A stretch of 64,000 nt of DNA from Lama glama (GCA_028534125.1 CM052817.1:22632001-22696000), one strand, 5' to 3'. Counted from the first letter of the stretch, positions 1 through 14,195 are shown. A program made the numbers and translations. The notes: a model not told the origin generated them from the letters alone.

Positions 1-190
1 GGATCCCTTTTATTTCTCTCTCTTGCCTGATTGCTATGGTTAGGATTTCCAAGACTATGTTGAATAGGAGTGGAGATAGTGGGCATCCTTGTCTTGTCCC
101 AGATTTTAGTGGGAAGCTTTTGAGTTTTTCACCTTTGAGTACTATGTTGGCTGTAGGTTTGTCACATATAGCTTTTATTATGTTGAGATA
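1..190 (-). mobile_element. LINE-1 ORF2 reverse-transcriptase fragment (young, 5'-truncated, continues left of window)
   Basis: Minus strand reads open [63 protein letters not shown], with the canonical L1 RT motif [10 protein letters not shown]. Similarity stops abruptly at ~190. Confidence 0.97.
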
Positions 191-1357
191 CGAACAACAT
201 ATTTGTTGAAGGAAACTAAGGTTTTTGTCTTTCATTGCTAAGAAGAAAATGTAAGAGTTCACAGAAGATATGGATAGACATGCCTGATTATTCCCTGTCC
301 TTGGAGTTCAACTTTTGTTGCTGTTGTTTGTTTGTTCAATTTTTGCAGAGAGTGTTTTTCTACCCCTCTGATCTGATGATTGAAACTCTCTATTCAGCCC
401 TCTCCTGTAGATGGACTCAGGATCAGATAACACAGACTGGTGTATAGATTCTTAAAATTATTGGTATGAAAATGTTGAGAAAGATAAAGAGAGGGATAGA
501 GATAGAAAAAGAGGCAGATAAGATATTTCAAAAAGTAAGTACATTCTTCAGGAGTTTGGATTAAAAAAGTACAGAAAAATAGAGAGTAGTTGGAGAAGGC
601 TGTAACAAGAGAAGATTTTTGTTTGTGTTTGCTTTTATGTGAGCAATTATATCAACAACTATTTTGTTCACTAGTACATATTTAATAATATAGGAACAAG
701 TGAAAAATCAGGAGATATTTTAACTGTGGAAATTATGTAAAATGACTAACTTTGTAGAATTCTTAAAAAAGTGATTCTGGATTATCAGTAAGAACCTAAC
801 ATTCAAAAAATCAAAAGAAAATATTTGAGACTAAGATCTAGACTGAACAAGAACATACCATAATTTTTATTTGTTTTATGCAGTAAGGTTCAGATGCACT
901 TTTGTATATTTACGATGTGAGGAATACATTCATATTTTTGGAAATTTTTTAATAAATTTAATAAAAGGTTCCCAATTTATTAACTACTTACAAATCTTGA
1001 GAGGCCAAAATTGTTTTCTTTTCCCCATTATAATACAAGAGCAGGAAAGGAAATAGAATTGTTATTCTTCCTACTACTTGTTAAATGTTTTATTGGAAAG
1101 ATTATTTGTTATATATAATTCTGGTTATCTATATATGACTAGATTAAGGGTCCAAAAGACCACACATCAGAAACCCAAAATTTATATATCTTACTTCAAC
1201 TAATTATGTGCTCAAGCAATCCAGTGTACCACCCCCAAATTATGCTCTTCTCCAGATTCTTATGGCCCAGTCTGCTCTTCAGTTCTTAGCCACTTATTCA
1301 TTGGAAAAAATCCAACTACCACATTCACCCATTCACCATACTTGCCCTAATAAGCAG

Positions 1358-1851
1358 TTTTCTTAGCCTCCTTGGAGCTAAGGCTTTAGCTTTGTCTGAC
1401 CTCTTTGTGCCACCAACACAGCTCATGTGTCCAATGCAACCCAACCTATGGAGACCCGAGTCCCTTCCATCACTTCTGGGCTTAGGTCACACTTGCAGGA
1501 TGTGGATCTGGACTTCTCAACAGTTATTTATAGGTGCACCTCCTAGAAGTCTGGAGGAATTAATACCCCATAGGGGTAATACCCAGTGAGGAGATGAGAA
1601 GGAATTAGCAGATTAGTCCTTCTTCCTTCCTCATCATGAGAGGCTCCAAAGAACAACAGTCGGTGTGGTTCTTCTGGAACACATCCTCCCCGACGGAGCA
1701 ACTAGCTGTGCTTTCTTTGGAAACTGAGGTAAGTTTCCTAAAACAACAAATTCCCTTCTTTCTTGCTCTGTCTTGGTATGCATCACACAATAAAGCTTAA
1801 GTATATAAGTTTGCCTCAGGCTTTGTTTTCTAAGGAACTTTGCCTAAGATA
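1358..1851 (+). mobile_element. ERVL solo LTR (LTR16/LTR67-like)
   Basis: AATAAA near 1789, then the terminal motif ctcaggctttgttttctaaggaactttgcctaagata typical of LTR16-class ends. 5' boundary approximate. Confidence 0.6.
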
Positions 1852-2384
1852 TTTAGCAACAATAATCTCAGATTAATCAGATCATATTTAGAACTTGTGC
1901 TGGCAAATGGTACGAAATGAAACATTATCTGGGGAGAAATCTCTGTAGGTATCAGAGGAGATTGAGCATGATAGGGATGAAATGTAAGCTCAGGTTAGGT
2001 TTTTCTCTTTGTGAAGAAGCTTAAGCTTTCATCATGATATTAGTGCATCAATTATGTGATATGCTATTAAAATTGTATGCATCTGAGATCATATCACATA
2101 TATGATAATGTACATGTCAGATATTATAATATTCACTTGTGAAAAAATGGCATAAAAGTGGTTCTCACAGAACTCACAAATTATATCAAGCTGTTATGTT
2201 ATTAGGCCTAATTAATGATATGAAGAAGCATTAAGGTATGCAGAGGTATTAATTTGATATGTATTTGATACTGATATTTAAAATAAAATTTTAACATAGT
2301 ATAATGGATAAAATCAAGGGATTTGAAACACATTTTCAAGCCTCTCTTTGGCTTAACTAGTAAATAATAATGAAAATTTGAAGA

Positions 2385-2475
2385 AGTCACCAAATTTCTC
2401 TAGTTCTCAGTTTTCTCATTAATGACTTGAGCTATATAAATTGAAAGGCCTCCTCCCTGTCTAACATTGTGATAA
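2385..2475 (+). mobile_element. MIR fragment
   Basis: ctcagttttctcatt core and a MIR3-like tail (ggcctcctccctgtctaacattgtgat). Confidence 0.45.
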
Positions 2476-2709
2476 CCCATATCAATTAAGTAGCATTATT
2501 TGGGACAGTATAATAAAGTACCTAGCTGATAGTCAAAGATCACAAAGCTTTCCCTATGTCAATATGGCTGCCTGCTCTGAAAGTACTGACTGCATTCAGA
2601 AATACTTTAAAGTATGTCAAATCAAATCGATGAGGTCAATGATTATTACACTCATGCTAGGGAACTAAGGCTATGCTGGGCCAAGGAGAATGAAAATAGA
2701 AAGGGGGAC

Positions 2710-2825
2710 ATATTTATTAAGTCATTCAACAAACACTTGTTGAATATCTCCTCTGAGTTAACATGTATATTTAAAATTGATGAGCAGTTTACAAGAGAAA
2801 CATGCCCTATCCTCAAGTCACTGGT
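2710..2825 (-). mobile_element. L2 3' end fragment
   Basis: tcattcaacaaacacttgttgaat followed by ccctatcctcaag, an antisense L2 tail signature. Confidence 0.55.
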
Positions 2826-4606
2826 AAATTTAAATACCTCAAAATGTTAGCAAAAGCTGTTGAGAGTTGTTCAAGGAACAAAAGAGCTAGAACTCACTCA
2901 GGCTAAGAGTGGAATGTGTGGTTCATACACTCTTAAAGAAAGGTTGAACAACCAGGTGGTGAAAAAGGCAGGTTGGAGTTCAGGAGCAACGGTAAGCAGG
3001 TGCTTTCATTCTCTTAATCATCTCTTCTTCACACCATATTTGTCATCCTTCTCTCTGACTGAAGCTGGTCTACTTTACAAGGGAGAAAACATGACTGTCA
3101 GGGGCTGATGAGTTCTACATCTAACTGTTTAGGTCACTGGAGAGAGATTGCTATGCAGCATCCTTTTGTCCTGTGTCAAAGTCCAGAATTCTTGAGAAGA
3201 GGAATAGTATCACAACTTGACTCAGGTATTTATACACCTAAAACTAATCAAGTCAATCACAGGTTAATCAGCGTGTTCCAGGGCTGGGTCTCTAGCCAAT
3301 CAGAATGGATGCAGAGAGCACTGGAGAACTGCCCTCCTATGATTCTACCCTCCAGTTGCTAGGTCATGGTGTGGTCCAGAGGATGCATGAGGAGGGTCAC
3401 ATTAGCCAGGAACTAAGTAGAAAACTATGGGAGCACAGAACTTCAACATTTCATTTCATAAAAATGACCACATTTTATAAATTAATAAATATTAATAAAA
3501 TAATGATATAATTCCTAGGATAGAAAGTAGTGAGTTTAGAAAATGTGTTTTATTGGGTACCTAAATAGCAAGTAGCAAATATGTATATGAGTGTTAGACT
3601 GGCTAGGATTTTCACTTTCTTACATGTGAGATTTGTTTATTTTTTATAGTCACTAGGTGGCAATTCTGGGGCCAAAAGGCACAGTATCTGATTATTAGTA
3701 TAGTTTTATGATCTATTAAATTTGCTGTTCATAATGAAAAGATACCATTATCTGGGGAAATTAGCTATATGGGTTTTTTTTTTTTTTTAGTATATCTGTT
3801 TTTACAAGGTTGACTGACTATACAATCCAAATGCAGATAACTTAGTGTTCTTTAAATGCTATCTGACTAATACCCATAATTATAAAAATCTTCTAACATT
3901 TTCTTTTAAATTCTTCTCTTCATGGCATTTCAACACAGTCTTTTTGATCACTAAGAATCCTATGGCACAGCTATAGAAAATGTTTCTCTCATTAAAATTT
4001 ACCCTACTGCAAGTTCAGAGGATTTAAGTGTATGTATAATTTTATTTCCACTGGGTGATTTTTGTAATGTGTATGAGCCATTCTCTCTAATGGAAAGTGC
4101 AATAGTAAGGTACTTGAAATAGGCATTAATCCTCACAATACATTTGCAAGTTAGGTAAGCAACATGAAGCGTAGAGCCATAATAAGCATTATCCGCATTC
4201 ATCCACCTTCACAGGCTGCAATGCTAGAAATCACACTTCACAAACAAAGGACATTTGCAAAAGAAATAGCAGGGATACTTGTAGTATATTTCCTTTCTGG
4301 TTGTCACAGACAGATGAAGCCAAAGGAGAGCACAAAACAATTTTTTAGAAAAAGAAACAATGAATTAAAATAACACAAAGCAATGCAAAATAATTGTCAT
4401 GTAAGAGAGGAAATAATGTATTAAGCTGTCTTTATTTAGATAATGACACTTGAATACTGATTTTGTAAAAAACATTTACTGCCTCCAATCCTATTGCTAC
4501 AAAGCTTCTTTTCTTCTGTGCCTTAATTGACATGTTAACTTATTCTTGCCAAATGAATCATTTGAGATAGACCATTAATTTATTTGAATGGAAGCTTATA
4601 AATTAA

Positions 4607-4652
4607 CAACAAAACAAAACAAAACAAAAAAACCCAAAACAAACAACAAAAA
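4607..4652. repeat. (CAAAA)n-like simple repeat
   Basis: Directly visible aacaacaaaacaaaacaaaacaaaaaaacccaaaacaaacaac. Confidence 0.8.
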
Positions 4653-7600
4653 ACCTGACTTTTAGGTTGTCAACACATCCATGAAGAAAGATTTCCTGTG
4701 TATCTTACTCGCATATAATAAAACAGAAACTCTACTAAATTTTCTAAAAATGATGTTATCTTAGTGACAATTTATTTTTCCATCTTGGACACAGGAAAAA
4801 ATACTGTAAGCCTCATTGTAGCTATTTGGAATCAATCAGAATACAATCTGTTCAAAGCCTATATGGAATATAGAAAAGGACACATCCATACTTAAATAAT
4901 GAAACTAGGAATACAGTAAATTAGGCTGCATTTACACTAGTCAATCACTAAGTTAAAAAATAATTTTGTATTTTTTAGCCATCTTCACTTCACAATTGGA
5001 TTGAAGTTTTCACAGATGTGCTTGATGGGGCAAGAATGAGTCATTTAGCCTCTAAATTAACATTGACTCTAAACTTCTTATTTATCTACCACATAATTTT
5101 AGTTTATAAATCTATGTAATGCTTGTGCTTAATCAGAGAACTTAGGCTCTTTGATAATATACTGTTATCAATATTAAGTGATTTTAGTTAAAGTGAGTGT
5201 GACTTTACATCATTTTTAAGTAACCCAGATGTACAATTCTGGAGTCATTCCTCCACACTTCCTCATACTTCTCTACATAAAAGAAGGAATAGGCTTCTTG
5301 AGTAGAATTTTCTGTATTTTTTCCATTATTAGAATGAAATGATAAATGCTTAGATAATATGGAAAAATGTGAGTCTGAGAAGAACTTGCCTATCTTTATC
5401 TTGCCGACATACTGCTCTTGCTGATTCAACAGAGCTTCAGTTTTCAAAGACAAAACTTAAATCTCTATCAAATATTTCAAAGACAGAAAAATAAGAATTT
5501 TAAAATGTCATTCTCTTATAATAAGAATTTGAAACTTTATGCCAATAGCAGAATAGGAACTAAATATTATATATAATATATAACTCAAACTCATTATTAG
5601 AAGAAAACAAATTCTAGAAACACTAACTGAATAATAAAGATAAAGAATCACAATATTCCTGAAAATTTATGTCTTTTGACATAATTGTGATAAATTGTTC
5701 ACTTGATGATGTCAAATCCCCTCCTACAATTTTTATTTTTTAATACTGCAGAATTTTAAAACCTCATCAAATGATGCCTAGAGTCATCAATTTCCTTAAA
5801 ACAGGTCTAAAACATTCAAAATCAGCATAATAAAATATTACACAACTTTTAGCACCATCAGTACAAAACCGAGGGTTATGGATATAACCAGATGGTTTTG
5901 TATGGTCAATTTTTGAATTGTTTACATACAGATACTGTTGTTTTTGTTTATTCCTTGAAAATCTGATGGAAACATTAATTTAATTGTCTATGTTTAGTTC
6001 AAATTCAGTTTTGAACAGTATGATATATTGTAACATGCAGAGACTATTTCCCTTAACCCCACGGATCTTAATTCTGTGCCTAACGGATGCAAAAGTACAG
6101 CGGTCATGTCATTCGTGGACTAACTGAGGATGAGCCATCAAGCTTCAAATGCACAGCTGAATTCAGCCCTGAAATGCCAGAGAACCTAACTGAAGCTTGA
6201 TTAATGGGATCATGTCAAGTGGTGAGACTGCTGAGTGTTTAGGTAGCCAGAGGCCCGACCTAGCTTCTCCAAGGAGACTACTCTCAGCAACAGAGCTACT
6301 TCGGTATTTGTCCTTTTCTCAAAAAGAAAAAGCTCAGTGCATTTAAAAACACATCTAGGTTTGTCTAACCTATACATTGGCAGAACGCGTAGATGAGTAA
6401 AGCAGAGGTGGTTGATCATGGCCCTTTTCAACATGGATTACAAAGCTGCCAACTGGAGGCCCAAGGGGATGGAAAGTCAGGATGCAATCAGATTCAGTGC
6501 TAAAGAGCTTTGCAACAAGCCAGCCTTTTTGAACTTGAGGTTATTAAATGAACAAACAAAAAACTAACTCAGGTGAAAATGAAGAGGTCTAAAATTAAAG
6601 TAAGTGAACATAAATTGGAAGAGGATGACATGTAACAAAATATTGTGAAAAAGAGAATGTGAGGCAAAATTTACTGAGATTTGAGATCTGAGTAATCAAA
6701 TAGAGTAAGGAAATAAACGGGACAGAATATGCCAAATATTTCTGCCAAGAGAACAAAGAATTACATGCAAAAGTACGAAAAATTCTGAACACTAAGCTCA
6801 TGTGGGGCTTTATTCCTGTTTAAATAAACCCTTGAAGAACTCATTTATTTTTCTATCCTAATTTGACTATTTACTGTTCTCCCAACATCCCTTGAGTGCC
6901 CCTAACTCTGAATCCTAGCATCCACAACGCCTCTCCTGGTAAGGATCAAATATCTTCTGTCAGTTTACTCAAAGGCTATTCTTTGAGATTTCCTTCAAAA
7001 TTGTCATTCACATCAAGCCAACTCTGACCGTTCCAGTCAGCAGAAATCCACCTCTTGAAAATTCTAGTTGTTACTCTGTGCCCTCTGTCTGGAACTTTTT
7101 TTTCTTATTCCCCTTTGAAATGTGAGTTATCTTTGTATGTGTGAGTTCCATTTTGGACATGTTTGCTTGAAGCGTGTACATGACATTCAGGTGAAGGTGT
7201 CAGCAGACAACCTCCAATGTGAGAATAAAGCTCTAAAGGATTTTAGAGTCAAAACACAGTCTGTAGTTATATTCAAGTCCTAATGGAAACTGTGTGGATG
7301 AATCAGACTGCAAGGAAATAAATTCAGAGAAAGGCAGCCAAAGACTCACACTTACTGTGGTTCAGAAGAAGTTCCTCTGGGATGGTAAGAATCACAAGAA
7401 GGCCAAGCCAGGAAGGATGCTGGAAATCTTGCCTCAAGGACCAGCGCTCATGGCCATTAGCCATGTGGAAGACTGCATTCCTACAGGGAAAATGAAAATG
7501 AACTTGATAAACTTCTCTTGGAAAGCAATGCACGGCACCTCTTTCATCGTCAAGAGCTAACTCAAGTTTCAAAAAGGGCATAAACTGATTTTTAATCTTA

Positions 7601-8189
7601 TTAACCGAGAATTTTTGCATATTTGTTACTTTATAATATCTCCGTTAGAGCGTTGAAGAAGTCAGCCTCCCAGTTCCCAAAGGAAAAATAAAATGAGATT
7701 TTGCTCATGGAAACTGCTATGGGGCTTTCTTTTTTTTTTACTCCCCCAAAAAGCAAAACCAGGATGAAGTCAGGGATGTAGTTTAAATTCTTCAGTTTGC
7801 CTTAGAATTTTGAAATGATTCAAGGGTAGGAAATTAAGCAGCAGAAGTTAACCAATCCAAGTCACATGTGTTTATTTCTCAACATTATCTGAAGAAGAAA
7901 ATAATAAAGAGATTATAAAAATGATCCTGACAGCTGTCTTTCTCATAAAGCTTGAACTTCTCATTTGTTCCTTAGAAAGAGGAGTAGATAGACAAGTGTT
8001 GATGAATTTAGAGTCTGGCCAGTAGTAAGACATGTACCCAGCCAAACATTTACCTAAAACACCCCCTCATCCAAACAAAATGGACAGACATACTAGGCTC
8101 TGTGGTTTATCCGGAGTGAGGGCAGAACAAAGCAGGGCATACGCAGAGAATAAGAACAAATCTTTCTGTTTTCCAAGTTCTGTTTGCCT

Positions 8190-8345
8190 GGCATTTTACT
8201 TAGTAATCTACAATGCTCATAAATAACCAGTGAAGTTGATAGTGTCTTGGATTTATGAAGAAAAACCACAACTCTGGAGGTTAATTAAGTTGTGAGAGGT
8301 CACCTATTGAGTAATTAGCAGAACTGGAACTTAAACCCAGATGAA
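8190..8345 (-). mobile_element. MIR SINE
   Basis: gaggttaattaagttgtgagaggtcac...agcagaactggaacttaaacccag resembles antisense MIR. Confidence 0.6.
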
Positions 8346-8719
8346 GAAACAGATTTCATCCAGGTCTAAACCTGCCTCGCTGGGGATCAGAAACATCAAG
8401 AATGCTGACTCCATAAAATCCTTTGATCCAGCCTTAGAGAAATCTTTGTAAAACCTGTGTCTGGATTTTCATCATAACTTATAATGAGGGAGAAAGCAGG
8501 TGCTGGATCGGAAAACCTGGCGGCATCAGGAGGAAATAAAATCAAAGGCAGAGCAGCAAGGATGGCAGGTAGTGCACTGAGGACATGAAAGAAAGGCGAG
8601 GCTGCTCCTCCAGTGGGGAGGACACCTCAGAGTCTCTTACTGTCACCGCCATCCTCCTGCACATTGTCCTCGCTTCCTGTGGCTCCTGCTGGTCATGTGT
8701 TTCCTAAATTATTAGTGAT

Positions 8720-9157
8720 TGTATTCGTTTCCTACAGCTGCCATAACATTACCACAAAGTTGGTAGCTTGAAAAAAAAAAGAAATTTATTCTGTCACAGT
8801 TCTGGAGGCCAGAAGTCCAAAGCAGTATAACCAGAATGGCCAAAATCAAAGTGCTGAGAGATTCCCTTTGGGAAATGTAGGGGAGAATCTGGTCCTTGCC
8901 TCTTCCAGCTTCTGGTGGCTGCCATCACCCTAATCTCTGCCTCTGTCTTCCCATCACCTTCTCTTCTGTGTATTTCTTTTGAGTGTCTCTTTTCTAAGAA
9001 TACATTTGATGGCATGCAAAACTTACTGGGATAATTTAGGATAAGCTCCTTTTTTCAAGATCCTGAACTTAATTACATCTTTTGACATGTAAGTTAATAG
9101 TCATAGGTTCCAGGACATGAACACATCTTTTGAGAGGACATCATTCAGTTCATCGTG
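8720..9157 (-). mobile_element. MaLR solo LTR (MLT1B/C-like)
   Basis: tgtattcgtttcctacagctgccataacattaccacaaa...aaatttattctgtcacagttctggaggccagaagtcc is the antisense MLT1 hallmark. Confidence 0.88.
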
Positions 9158-10380
9158 CTAACAAGCTGACAGACACCTGGTTAGTATCATTTAAATAATA
9201 TGTGTATGATTTATTGTGTATTTTTGCCATCTGCTGCATTTTTTTGATTGAATAATATGCTAGTGGCACAGGACTGGGAGATAGATATTGGAAACACAGT
9301 ATATAGTTTAGGTATAATTTTATCAGGAAATAGGAGTTGGAGGTACCAGGAGCACAAGACTCCTTCAAATTACAGTTGTTTTCCTCTGAGACCCAGCCCT
9401 TCTATGGGGCAGGGAACAAGGGCTTCGGGTGAATTTTCATATATGTACATTATCCAATAACGAGGAGGAAGATATCTACACGTGATGTTTTGTTAAATGA
9501 GTCCCAAGTAAAATTAAACATTTCACACAGTTTGGCTGGAAAAAGCAAGCATTGAAAAAGAATAGGTTCAGGCAACTGAGTAAATGCAAAATTATTATAT
9601 GCACCATGGAATGAAAGTATGCTTAGAAACCACTAAAACATCAAGTTTAAAAGGTTTTGCAATTGACTCTGTCCTCCCAGGTTTTCAATTTATAAACAGT
9701 TCATAATAATATTCTTTTCTATATCTGTTAAGAGTTCAAAAAAGCATTTCTCTAACACTTGTACTTTTATTAAATAGTTATTAACTTTTTAAGCAATTGC
9801 TACTCCTTCTGTTTTGGCCTGAATTTCAGCAGCCAATTTGGTACAGACATATCAACAATGAACAAAGATGGAGACGGGGGGAATACGTGCAATAGCACTG
9901 TGTAATCCCCAGAGCTCTGTGCTGGGAAAGCACAGCTTTGTTGGAGAGAGAAACACTAGAAGAAAGAGAAGTCTACGATTCCCCAGGTAGAGTAATGATT
10001 ACAGCTACAGGAGTTTATAGAGGAAAATTATGTAAATAACATCAACAGTGCTAACCTGATAGAATATTTTATAAACATTGATTCAGATCCAACTCAGAAC
10101 CAAATTGGAAAGAACTGATTGGAAGCAAAGTAGCACAATTCTGATGTTTCCACCATAAACATAGACAAGGGGTTTACAAAAATTTAGCTGTTCTTGGCAT
10201 TTTGATTAATATGACTTTCAGTCTTTTGAAGTGTTACAAAAGACACTTCAGAATGCAAATTGTTATTACTTTTTTAGACTCCCAGGAGGAATATTATAAA
10301 AACTTATGTCTTATTCAACCTTATGTAGTAAAAGGAATAAAAATGAGGTCTGTCTAAGCTTTAAAGAATTTAAACCTTCA

Positions 10381-10510
10381 AATTTGGGATTTGCAGATAC
10401 AAACTACTATGTATAAAATAGATAAACAAGGTCTTACTGTACAGTATAAGGAACCATATTCAATGGCTTGTAGCATGTATAATTTAAAAGAATATAAAAA
10501 AGAATATGTA

Positions 10511-10558
<48 letters not shown>

Positions 10559-10672
10559 CATATATGATTAACTGAGCACTACGCCATATACCAGAAACTA
10601 ATATGACATTGTAAATCACCTACACTTCAAAAAAAATGGGGAAATATAAAAATAAAAACAATACTAAAAAAG
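10381..10672 (+). mobile_element. L1 3' UTR end (cetartiodactyl type) with internal (TG)/(TA)n expansion and degenerate poly-A
   Basis: tttgggatttgcagatacaaactactatgtataaaatagataaacaag...ccagaaactaatatgacattgtaaatcacctacacttcaaaaaaa is homologous to 40620-40842 in this window. Confidence 0.9.
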
Positions 10673-10904
10673 AGAATTCAAATCACAAATACAAATTGGG
10701 ACTCTCTTTATTTAACATGCTTTGGTTCTCTATAAAAATGCACATTTCTACACAGCCTTTTTGATGGATGTACATACCCTTAAGGTTGGATCTTGAATTT
10801 CATATATTTGGGAGCATAGGAGGTCAAATTTTTCAATCAAAATTTTTCTCTGGATGTCTGATAAGGTAGATGGTGTGTACTATGTCCTTGCATTAAAATG
10901 ATAG

Positions 10905-11065
10905 TCATAATAATAATAATAATAGCAATAATAAATCTAGCACACATAGTGCATACTATGTACTAATGTCTACTCTAAGCCCTTTACATCAATTAATTTA
11001 TTTACTTTTCAAAGTAGCCCTATGAAGTATGACAATGCCACTTTATGGATGAGGAAACTGAGGTA
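10905..11065 (-). mobile_element. MIR SINE
   Basis: ccctatgaagt...ctttatggatgaggaaactgagg is the antisense MIR core. Confidence 0.8.
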
Positions 11066-12665
11066 TGTATGTTTATGCAAAAAAAATCATTTATGAAAAA
11101 TGGCCAGCAATGTTCACCATAAAACTGAATCAGTTTCTCTCAAGTTCCAAATTGTTCCAGATAATTTTACAACCAATTCCATAATAGCAGGATTGACTCA
11201 TCTACAGTATATAATTTTGAATACATTATTGCTAGTGCCAGTTTGATTCTTGAATTTAATTCTGCATAACTAGAATCTTTCCAGTTTATACATTTATTAT
11301 AATAAGAAACAAGAGTCACATGCAATTTTTCTCCTAAGCAAAATATTCAAATTCAGATAGCATAAAAGCTATGTATATTTTCATATGTAATGGGCAGATT
11401 TATGTAGACACATATATCTCCATATACACATCTATATATCCAGACAGAGAGAAAGAAACAAAAAGATGGAAAGAAAGAAACAAAAATAGAGACAGAGGCA
11501 CCAAAACAGCTATCAGTTCTTGAGCTTTTTTAGTAAAAATCATTTTTATCCAAAGTAAGCAATGAAATTATTTTGTTGATTAAATAAAAAGTCAGGTAAG
11601 CATAAGACTCAAAAAATCTGATTCATATCTGCCTCATTTTCTTTTAATTAACACATAAATAAACATTCATTTGACAATCTTTTCATATAGGTCCAAGTGT
11701 TTTCCTTTGATGTTGAGTCACAAATTAAAGTCCTAGGATATCCTTCACTTATAAACTATACCCATAAAACATAATATAAAATTTTGATTTGGATTCCCAT
11801 GAAGTGGAATGAGAAGTTAAAAAAAATGAGAAAAATAATTTAATATTAAATATTTAATATCTTCATATTTTTCAAATATTAATAGTATTTTATACTTTTC
11901 CAATATTGACATATTTTAATTTAATTTTTTATTTTAGTGACTGACTTTCATTATGTATTTCCAAAATATGCAGCCCAGGTTTAAATTAAAATCATAGTTG
12001 TTTTCCTTTACTTGTTCATGTTGTACTTATTTACATAAGATTTACCTAAATGATATATTTACAATGAAAATAAATCAACTGGAATCATCATAAACAGGTA
12101 CCAAAGATCCTCATCAGCATATTATTCCATGTTTAAGAGCTGAAATAATCAGGTATACTGAAGTATAACCTATGGCCATGAAAATTTAGCTTCAAGGCAG
12201 TCCTTCTTCAAAGAAATGAAGAATCTGAGTTAATTTGGTAAATCCATTCTGTCTCATCCTATTTTAGCTGCATCTATCCTTTATAACTGTGGTTCTTACA
12301 GTCTAAGTAGCTACAAAGAGAAATAAGAAAACCCAAGCCCCAACATATAAGCACATAAACTTATATTAAAAAAAGATAATTATTCCATAAGTGAACATTC
12401 CTGGAAAGCATAGAAAATGGTACAGAAAAACTTCATTACACATCCTAGGTCCTTGTAACCTATAAGTAATCAGTTTTAAATTATTGGTATAACTATTAAT
12501 TTATGTAATTAAAATAAAATGTTTGCATAATTAAAATATGATCATCAAACATTAAGATAGCCTAAAAATATAGGATATAAAATCAGGAAGAATATGTGTT
12601 AAAATTTTCCAGTTAAGTAAATAATCAAGAAAAATAGAAAAAAATGAAATCACGCAAAGTACAAT

Positions 12666-12721
12666 TTAGTGGTCAAAAATATGGGCTCTAGATTCAGGCT
12701 GTCTGAGTTCAATTCAGGGTT
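12666..12721 (+). mobile_element. MIR 5' part (split by L1)
   Basis: tagtggtcaaaaatatgggctctagattcaggctgtctgagttcaattc is the tRNA-derived MIR head. The element resumes at 14034. Confidence 0.7.
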
Positions 12722-14033
12722 AGAAACAAATTAGCTGCAAGCATAAGAAAAAATGCTCGATTTCAGCAATCATAAAAGAAATGCAAGTCAAAACCACAAT
12801 AACATATTCTCTCACACCCATTAGGATGGCTACTATCAAAACAAAGTTAGCAAACAAAAACCAAAAAATAACAAGTGTTGCTGAGAATGTGAAGAAATTG
12901 GGATCCTTGTCCACTGTTTGCCAGATTGTAAAATGGTGCAATCACTATGGAAAAGAGAATACAGATTCCTAAAAAAATTTAAAAATAGAACTGCCACATG
13001 ATCCAGTAATCTTACTTCTGGGTATAGATGCAAATCAATTGAAAACCAAGTCTTGAAGAGATACTTGTACACTCATATTCATATCTCCACTATTCACAAC
13101 AGCTAAGAAGTAAAACCAACCCAAGTGTCCAGAGACAGATAAATGGATAAACAACATTTGCTATATACATACTGTTGGAGGAGGAGGACTTTCCCTCTTC
13201 CCTTTTATGTTCTTTGCTTGGGGGGGGGGTCTGCAAATTAAACTAGCAAAAGACAGATTAGCAAGAGAAAATATAGGTGCTTTTCATGTATATATACAGG
13301 AGTTCACAGAAAAATGTGGTTCAAGAAGGTGGTTAGAATTTGGGACTTATATAGCTTCTTAATAGGGTAAAAGGAGGTGGAGAAAGGAACTTATGGGAAA
13401 ACAAATGGCTTTTAGAAAAGATAAATGGGCTCTTAGGAAAACAGATGGCGGTAACAATAGTTTTGCTACCATGTCTGCTTAGATTTGATACTGACTTCTC
13501 TCTAGTGATGAGTCAATCTTTCCAGGTACAGAAACCCCCAAGAAGATTTGTAACAACTGACTTCTTTTGAGAGATTCTATTTTTAAGAAGATAAGGTGGT
13601 TTTAAAAATCCCACTTAAAGTGCCTTCTGAGAAAAATAATTTTTATGCCACAGTGGTGTCTTTCAGGCCAGTCCAAACATTATTATTCAGCCTTAAAAAG
13701 GAAGGAAATCCTATTGCATGATACAACATGGGTGAATCTTGAGAACATGCTAAGTGAAATAAGCCAGTCACAAAAAATAAATAGGAGGCTACTTAAATGA
13801 GATCAAATTTATAGCAACAGAAAGTAGAACAGTGGTTACAAGGGTCTGAGGAGACAGGGGAAAAAAGGGGAGCTGTTATTTGATGGGTATAGTCTTTCTA
13901 TTCTGCACAATGAAAAAGTTCTAGAGGTTTGTTTCACAACAATGTGAATATACTTAACACTACTGTACACTTAACAATGGTTAAAGTAGTAAAAATTTTA
14001 TGTGTTTTTGTTTACCACAATTGAAAAAATAAA
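12722..14033 (+). mobile_element. L1MB-like 3' fragment (ORF2 C-terminus and 3' UTR), interrupted by an LTR at 13173-13679
   Basis: ORF track MQVKTTITYSLTPIRMATIK matches the L1 ORF2 C-terminus. The 3' UTR has aaaagttctagag...caatgtgaatatacttaacactactg...accacaattgaaaaaataaa. Confidence 0.9.
13173..13679 (-). mobile_element. ERV1 solo LTR (MER34/MER39-like)
   Basis: TG...CA ends. Its reverse complement shares motifs with the LTRs at 24597, 32524 and 44402 (aaattaaact...agatta.caagagaaaa; aataatttttatgcca.agtgg). Confidence 0.8.
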
Positions 14034-14195
14034 CTTTGTCAACTAGATAACTTTGACTAAGACTCAACTTTTCTCAGCCTCGGTATTTATCACCAGTAAA
14101 ACGGTGATTATAGTAAGATTTATAACATGTTTGTTATGTACCAAAAATGAGATAATAAATGTAAAAGACTTAACACAATGTCTGTCACACAAACA
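14034..14195 (+). mobile_element. MIR 3' part
   Basis: ctcagcctcggtatttatcaccagtaaaacggtgattatagta...aaatgagataataaatgtaaaagacttaacacaatgtctg. Confidence 0.75.

Noticed and set aside
2840..3430. Possible old MaLR/LTR element
   Set aside because: The composition is suggestive, but I could not fix termini or family by eye.
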